64,000 nucleotides of DNA from an uncultured Anaerolineaceae bacterium (GTDB lineage Bacteria; Chloroflexota; Limnocylindria; Limnocylindrales; CSP1-4), in assembly GCA_964518505.1 (NCBI GenBank), contig CAZFGT010000004.1:29114-93113 (forward strand), in the 5' to 3' direction. Position 1 is the first letter of the stretch, and each line of letters opens with the position of its first letter. Below the pieces are notes generated by a model that was not told where the DNA came from, ran no database searches, and was given only the letters and a program-made list of their open reading frames with translations. A program made the position numbers and the translations under genes. This document shows, piece by piece, positions 57,200-64,000 of this stretch.

Positions 57200-58975
57200 C
57201 TACTTGGTGAAGATGATCGTGGTGTCCGACTCGCTCCCGGCGGTGTCGACGCGGACGGAGATGAGGCGGTCGAACGGCGTCAGGTACGGCAGCACGTCGC
57301 TCGTGTACTTGGCCTTCTGGTCAGCCGGTAGCTGGGCCTCCACGAGGCTGCGGATGCCGGTCACGTCCGCGTACACGACGCCACTGTCGGTCGGTCCGCC
57401 GGCGGCGGATAGGGCGGCCGAGTAGCGCGCATCCGAGGCGAGCGAGTCGGCGTTCGTGGTGTCAAGGACGGCCTTGACGAAGGCATCGCCGACACCCAGG
57501 ACGAACAGCTGACCCTTGAAGGCATACGAGACCGTCACCGACGACGGTGCGCCGCCTGTGCTGCCGCCCATGTCGAGGGCTGAGCCAAGGTCGACGGTCA
57601 CCGAGGTGATCGTCGTGCCGGCGTAGGGCGCGCTGCTCGTCGTGATGGCCGGCCCGCCCGCGCCCTTGGCAAGGCCCAGGAGGGTCAGGACCTGCGTCAG
57701 GCGCGCCTGGCCTGCCGCGGCGTCGGACGTCGTCGCGACGAGGCCGCCCTGGGGGGCACCGCCGGGTGCGGTCACGACCACGCCGGCGTCCTTGACCCAC
57801 GCGAACGCGTCGGGGATCTTGGTGCCCAGGAGGCCCTCGATCGTCGAGAGCTGCCCGGCCACGCTGGCGAAGCAGGGATTCTGGATGAGCGTCGTCGCCT
57901 CTGTCCGCCACAGGTCGCCGAAGCCGTGGGTCTCGGCGTAGACCAGCGCCGCTCCCGGCACGTGGCTGGCCAGGTCGCTCGTCGCGGCGGTGACCGGTGA
58001 GGCGGAGGCGGCCGGCAGGGTCGCCTGGTCGCGGATGATGAGGTTGCCGTCCTGCAGGCGCAGCTCACCAGCCATCGTGGTCGGCAGGCCGGCCAGGGTC
58101 GTGGCCGAGCCGCAGGTACTGCTGCTTGCGGCGGTCGAGTCCAGGAGCTTCTGTGCCGCGGCCCCGTCCAGGTAGAAGGTGCCCGAGCGGTCGGCGTCCA
58201 GCCGGCCGATGGCGTCGCGGAAGGCGCTCGTGCCGGCCAGGTTGGGCGACTTGCCGGCCTTGCGGTCGAGCGCGGCGTCCACGGTGGCGGCGTCCTTGGC
58301 GACCACGATCGCATCGGTCGAGATGGCGAAGCTGACGGCGGACAGGCCGCTCACGCCGGTGGCCCCGCTGAGGGTGTAGACGCTGGTGCCGTTGTGGTCG
58401 GCGATGGCGACGGTGCCGCCGAGCTGCTTGGCCAGCTGCTGCGAGGTCTGGTCGAGCTTCGTGGGCAGGCCGGCCGAGTCGCTGACGCTGACCACGAGGA
58501 TCACCGAGTCCGACGGCCCGACGGCAACGGCCACCTGGCCGCCGAACCACGGCTCGATGTTGCCGCTGTATGTGTACGCGCCGTTGGTGGCCTTGCTCAC
58601 GAGCTTGTCGAGGGCCTGGTCCAGCTTGGTCTGGAGGCTGGACGGGTCGGCGAAGCCGGGGAAATGGGCCATGAACGTGGCCAGCTGCTGGCGCTGGTCG
58701 CCCGGCAGGTCACCGCGGATGTCCATGTAGAGCAGGGCGTCGGATGGCGCATAGGCCGGCCCGACGGACGCGGCCCCGGCACCGGCGAACGCCACGAGGC
58801 CACCCGCCACGAGGACGACGACCAGCGTGGCGACGAGGGCGATGGCCCAGCGGGCGCGCCCGCCGCGGGACGTCTTCGCCGGCTGGATGAGGGGCACGCT
58901 GACACCCTCCACGCGGGCCACCTGGGTCAGCGTGGGCAGCGCGTCTGGACTGGCTGGCTGGAGCGGTTCGGTCAC
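57200..58975 (-). CDS. Membrane-anchored extracytoplasmic protein of unknown function (possibly DUF3352-like)
   Basis: 591 aa with an N-terminal TM WAIALVATLVVVLVAGGLVAF and an S/T/A/G-rich extracytoplasmic body. It sits between ffh and rpsP. Confidence 0.5.
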   Translation of the reverse strand: MTEPLQPASPDALPTLTQVARVEGVSVPLIQPAKTSRGGRARWAIALVATLVVVLVAGGLVAFAGAGAASVGPAYAPSDALLYMDIRGDLPGDQRQQLATFMAHFPGFADPSSLQTKLDQALDKLVSKATNGAYTYSGNIEPWFGGQVAVAVGPSDSVILVVSVSDSAGLPTKLDQTSQQLAKQLGGTVAIADHNGTSVYTLSGATGVSGLSAVSFAISTDAIVVAKDAATVDAALDRKAGKSPNLAGTSAFRDAIGRLDADRSGTFYLDGAAAQKLLDSTAASSSTCGSATTLAGLPTTMAGELRLQDGNLIIRDQATLPAASASPVTAATSDLASHVPGAALVYAETHGFGDLWRTEATTLIQNPCFASVAGQLSTIEGLLGTKIPDAFAWVKDAGVVVTAPGGAPQGGLVATTSDAAAGQARLTQVLTLLGLAKGAGGPAITTSSAPYAGTTITSVTVDLGSALDMGGSTGGAPSSVTVSYAFKGQLFVLGVGDAFVKAVLDTTNADSLASDARYSAALSAAGGPTDSGVVYADVTGIRSLVEAQLPADQKAKYTSDVLPYLTPFDRLISVRVDTAGSESDTTIIFTK

Positions 58976-59021
58976 GGTCGAGACCCTCCCAGGGACAAGG
59001 CGGGAACGAGGGCGCCGGCCG

Positions 59022-60347
<1,326 letters not shown>

Positions 60348-60431
60348 GGGGTCGGTTGGGGCTCCGCGGTGCGTCCGGGCCGGACGCCGGGTGAGACGCG
60401 GGTTCTGGCGTCTCGGGGCGGCCGCAGTGTA

Positions 60432-61433
60432 CTACGCGCCGCCCGCGGGCCCGAAGAGCGCGGCCACGAAGGCCCGTGGATCGAAGGGCAGCAGGTCGCC
60501 CAGGCGCTCCCCCACCCCGATGAAGAGGACCGGGACGCCGAGGCCCTGCTCCACGGCGAAGACGATGCCGCCCTTGGCCGTCGAATCGAGCTTGGACAGG
60601 ACGATGCCGGTGAGCGGGCTGGCCTCGTGGAAGGCACGTGCCTGGGCCAGGCCGTTCTGGCCGGTCGTGGCATCCAACACGAAGAGCACCTCTGGGTCGG
60701 CGCCCGGCAGGCGCTTGTCGATCGTGCGGCGGATCTTGGCCAGTTCGTCCATCAGGTTGTGCTTGGTGTGCAGACGGCCGGCCGTGTCGACGATGACGAG
60801 ATCCGTGGCTCGCGCCACCGCCGCATCCAGCGCGTCGAAGACGACCGCGGCGGGGTCGGCGCCTGCCTGGTGCGTCACCAGGGGCACCCCGATGCGTTTG
60901 GCCCACACCTCCAGCTGCTCACTGGCGGCGGCCCGGAAGGTGTCCGCGGCGGCCAGCAGGACACGCTGGCCACGGGCGCGTTCCCGGGCCGCGAGCTTGG
61001 CGATGGTCGTGGTCTTGCCGGTGCCGTTCACGCCCACCACGAGGACCACGGCCGGCTGCGTCTGATCGGGGCGGCGGGGCGTCCACTCGCCCTCCGGCCG
61101 TGGCAGGAGAAGCGCCGCCAGCTCGGCCTGCACGGCCGCCTCGGCGCCACCCGGGTCGCGCCGTCGCCGGGCCCGCTCCACGACGGCCAGGGCGAGGGTC
61201 GCCCCGACGTCTCCGGCGATGAGCGTCTCTTCCACGGCCTCCCAGGTGGCCTCGTCGATGCCGCCGCGGAAGAGACCCTGCAGGCGCGCCACGAACCCCG
61301 ACCGGCTGCGCTCGACACCGGCCTCCAAGCTCGGCTCGGGCTCCGGCTCGATCGCGGCTTCCGGCTCGGGTTCGGGCGGCGCCTCCTCCTCGGGCGGCGG
61401 CGGCTCCTCCGCGCGCCGGCGGAACCAGGACAT
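60432..61433 (-). CDS. ftsY: Signal recognition particle receptor FtsY
   Basis: Acidic P/E-rich N-terminus, NG domain VGVNGTGKTTTIAKLA...DTAGR...SKLDSTAKGG. Confidence 0.9.
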   Translation of the reverse strand: MSWFRRRAEEPPPPEEEAPPEPEPEAAIEPEPEPSLEAGVERSRSGFVARLQGLFRGGIDEATWEAVEETLIAGDVGATLALAVVERARRRRDPGGAEAAVQAELAALLLPRPEGEWTPRRPDQTQPAVVLVVGVNGTGKTTTIAKLAARERARGQRVLLAAADTFRAAASEQLEVWAKRIGVPLVTHQAGADPAAVVFDALDAAVARATDLVIVDTAGRLHTKHNLMDELAKIRRTIDKRLPGADPEVLFVLDATTGQNGLAQARAFHEASPLTGIVLSKLDSTAKGGIVFAVEQGLGVPVLFIGVGERLGDLLPFDPRAFVAALFGPAGGA

Positions 61434-61435
61434 CG

Positions 61436-64000
61436 TCAGCCGGCCGCCTGCGCCAGCTCGGTCGCCTCGGCCAGGCGGAGGGAGATGACGTGGCTGATGG
61501 CGTCGTCGCCGATGGTGATGCCGTAGAGCGCATCAGCGGACTCGATCGTGCCCCGGTTGTGGGTGATGACCAGGAACTGGGTCGTGCGGGCCAGGTCGCG
61601 GAGCGCCTCGGTGAAGCGCCCCACGTTGGCTTCGTCCAACGCGGCGTCCACCTCGTCGAGGACGCAGAACGGCACGGGGTGGACGTCCAGCATCGCGAAC
61701 AGCAGGGCCACGGCGGTCAGCGCCCGCTCGCCGCCGGAGAGCATGCCCAGCGCCTGGCGCTTCTTGCCCGGCGGCCGGGCCATGATCTCGATACCGGTGC
61801 TGGCCAGGTCCTCGGGATCGGTCAGCACGAGTTGCGCGTCGCCGCCGTCGAACAGCTGGCCGAAGCGCCGGCCGAAGGCCCGCTCGAGCGCGGCGAACGT
61901 GCGCGCGAACTGCTCGCGGATCCGTTCGCTGAGCTCGGCGATGAGGCGCTGGGTGTCGGCCATGGCCCGCTCCAGGTCGTGCCGCTGGGCGTCCAGGGCC
62001 TCCAGCCGTGCCTGCACCTCGGCGTGCTCCTGGGCCGCGAACGGGTTGCTGGCGCCGATCTCGTGGTAGCGGCGGCGGAGGGTCGCCAGCTGGGCCGGCG
62101 TCGGCAGGGACGCCGTGTCGACGGCCGGGGCGGCCCCCGGCGTCGCCCACGCCGTCGCGGCCACATCCAGCGCCGCTTCGAGCTCAGCCGCGAGGCTGTC
62201 CTCGTCGACATGTCGCGGCGCGCCTTCGAGCGCTTCCAACCCCAGCGGGCCAAGGCCGGCGAGTTCGGTCAGCACCTGCTCGCGGATCGCCTCCAGCCCA
62301 AGGCGCGCCTCCAGCCGGGTGACCTCGGCCCGTTGCGCGCGCTCCTCCCCGGCGTGGAGGTCGGCGCGGTGCGTCGTGGCCCGCGCCTCGACCTTGGCCA
62401 GCCGGTCGCGGCCGGCCGTCTCGTCCCCATCCACGGCCTTGACTTCGGCATCGGCCGCGGCGACCGCGGCCTCCAGACGGGCGCGTGTCTCGGCCGCCGT
62501 GGCAGCGGCCGCCTCAAGGCTCTGCAGGCGGACGGTGGCCTCGGCCAGCCGGGCCTCGGCGGCGGCGAGCCGCTCTTCGTCGGCGTTGACGCCCAGCTCG
62601 GCCCGGCGCCGCCGGTCATCTGCTGCGCGCTCCGCCTGGACGACCGTGCGCAGTTCGGTGTCAAGCACCACGCGGCGCGCCCGCAGCGCCTCCAGCCGGG
62701 AGCGCCAGGCCTCCGCGGCGAACGCGTCCGACGCCCCAAGGGGCGAGCCAGGCTCGAGGTCCAGGGCCAGGGATGCCGCGGCGACGGCGGGCGTCGCCGC
62801 GGCCAGCGCGGCGTTCGCGGCGCGTTGTTCGACCGCCAGGCGCTCCGCCTGGGCGGCGGCCCACGCCGACTCGCGCAACAGGGCCTCGTGGCGCCGCTGG
62901 GCCGCCCGTTCCTGTTCGATCGCCGCCCGGGCGTCGCGCACCGTTTCGGCGACCGCACCATCGGCGCGGGCGAGCGCGGCGGCCGTCTCGGCGCGGGCGA
63001 TCTCTGCCGCGTCGTGGGCCGCGTGAACCTGGCGCACCTTGGCCTCCGCCTCGGCCAGCTCTCGAGTGCGCCGCTCGATCTCCTCCCGTCGTTCCAGGGC
63101 CGCCTCGGGCCTGCCCACCCGGACGAGTCCCTGGGCCGTGACGACATCACCGGCGATGCTGACCGCCTGCCAGCCGTCGGCGAGCCGGGGCAGCAGGGCC
63201 AGCGCCGCCTCCAGGCTGGGCAGCCAGACGGTGGTCCGCAGGAGCTGGCCGGCAACGCCGGTGGGGTCGCGCCGGATGGCCTCGGTGAGGGTCCCGCCGC
63301 CAGCCTCGCGGGCTCGCTCCGTGATGGCGCGGCCAGGCGCGTCCAGCGCGGCGGTCGCGAGGCGGACCGCGAGGTGACCTCGACCTTCTCGCAGGGCGAC
63401 GACATCCCCGGCGTCGACGACGTACGCGTCCACCGCGGCGCCGAGCGCAGCCTCCACCGCCGGCCGCAGCTCGGGGCTGACTTCGAGCCCGGTGGCCAGG
63501 GCTCTGCCGCCGCGGCGCGTGGCCGCCTCGACCCAACCGGCAGCGGTGGCGTCCGATGGGGCGGTGAGCGCGTCCAGCTGGGCTTTGAGGGCGGCGTGGC
63601 GCGCGTCTGCCGCTGCCTGCGCGCTGGCCGTCTGGGTGGCCTGCTGCGTCGCCGACCGGGCCGCCGCGTCCGCAGTCGCCTGGACGGCACGCGCATGCGC
63701 CTCCGCCTCCGTCGCGACCCGGACCGCCGTGGCGAGGTCGGCGAGGACGTGCGCCTCGCGGGCCAGGGTCTCGGCCGCCTCCTGTGCACCGGTCGCCGCC
63801 TCGTCGGCGCGTTGCGTGGCCACGGCCGCGCGCTGCGCGAGACGGGCCAGCTCATCCTCGCCGGCACGTCGGGCCCGCGCGGCCGAAGCGGCCCTGGCAT
63901 CCATCTCGCGGTGCTGATCCTCCACGGCTGCCAGCTCGGCTGCCGCCTGGGCGACCTGGCGATCCAGGGCGGCCACCTCCGCGGTGAGCTCGGCCGTCGC
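61436..64000 (-). CDS. smc: Chromosome partition protein Smc, 5' (N-terminal) part beyond window
   Basis: Long coiled-coil (A/E/R-rich heptads) ending in the C-terminal ABC signature LSGGERALTAVALLFAMLDVHPVPFCVLDEVDAALDEANV. The ORF runs off the window edge. Confidence 0.9.
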   Translation of the reverse strand, partial: ATAELTAEVAALDRQVAQAAAELAAVEDQHREMDARAASAARARRAGEDELARLAQRAAVATQRADEAATGAQEAAETLAREAHVLADLATAVRVATEAEAHARAVQATADAAARSATQQATQTASAQAAADARHAALKAQLDALTAPSDATAAGWVEAATRRGGRALATGLEVSPELRPAVEAALGAAVDAYVVDAGDVVALREGRGHLAVRLATAALDAPGRAITERAREAGGGTLTEAIRRDPTGVAGQLLRTTVWLPSLEAALALLPRLADGWQAVSIAGDVVTAQGLVRVGRPEAALERREEIERRTRELAEAEAKVRQVHAAHDAAEIARAETAAALARADGAVAETVRDARAAIEQERAAQRRHEALLRESAWAAAQAERLAVEQRAANAALAAATPAVAAASLALDLEPGSPLGASDAFAAEAWRSRLEALRARRVVLDTELRTVVQAERAADDRRRRAELGVNADEERLAAAEARLAEATVRLQSLEAAAATAAETRARLEAAVAAADAEVKAVDGDETAGRDRLAKVEARATTHRADLHAGEERAQRAEVTRLEARLGLEAIREQVLTELAGLGPLGLEALEGAPRHVDEDSLAAELEAALDVAATAWATPGAAPAVDTASLPTPAQLATLRRRYHEIGASNPFAAQEHAEVQARLEALDAQRHDLERAMADTQRLIAELSERIREQFARTFAALERAFGRRFGQLFDGGDAQLVLTDPEDLASTGIEIMARPPGKKRQALGMLSGGERALTAVALLFAMLDVHPVPFCVLDEVDAALDEANVGRFTEALRDLARTTQFLVITHNRGTIESADALYGITIGDDAISHVISLRLAEATELAQAAG

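Noticed and set aside
62115-63900. Ala/Ser/Arg-rich ORFs on both strands inside smc (e.g. 62115..63026 +, 62269..63900 -)
   Set aside because: Alternative frames of the GC-rich, repetitive coiled-coil coding sequence of smc; the smc frame has the diagnostic ABC signature.

Overview
High-GC (~72%) bacterial chromosome segment, mostly minus-strand genes with operon-style GTGA/ATGA start-stop overlaps. The layout matches the conserved actinobacterial core region. Its leftmost block (about 10.2-30.2 kb) reads sigma/anti-sigma, a MarR-regulated ABC exporter pair, yajQ, murC-like, cinA, rodZ, ftsK, rnj, a family-4 UDG and asd. After the pnp gene come rpsO, ribF, truB, DHH/nrnA, rbfA, infB, ylxR and nusA, then proS, ispG, rseP, dxr, cdsA, uppS, frr, pyrH, tsf and rpsB. 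The next block is yraN, rnhB, rplS, an ECF sigma/anti-sigma pair, trmD, rimM, a KH protein and rpsP, followed by a large membrane protein, ffh, ftsY and partial smc. The first ~15 kb is an accessory region. It holds an ArsR-SRPBCC-alpha/beta hydrolase operon, small stress proteins (OsmC, DUF1801, DUF1810, GNAT, VOC, HD), proline iminopeptidase, a secreted CWB2-repeat M14 carboxypeptidase, and a second ECF sigma with an anti-sigma carrying extracellular BNR/Asp-box repeats. I found no rRNA, tRNA or CRISPR. The most unusual feature is that the pnp gene has an intact DnaQ-like DEDDh 3'-5' exonuclease domain inserted between its two RNase PH cores. I also describe a two-copy ~175-185 bp intergenic repeat with GGTCA-N4-TGACC palindromes and imperfect terminal inverted repeats. 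Other findings are a conserved TGCTAkACT extended -10 promoter motif on several housekeeping operons, probable ArsR and MarR operators, and unexplained structured non-coding gaps at 9.4-10.2 kb and between rimM and trmD. The nusA leader is long and lacks rimP.
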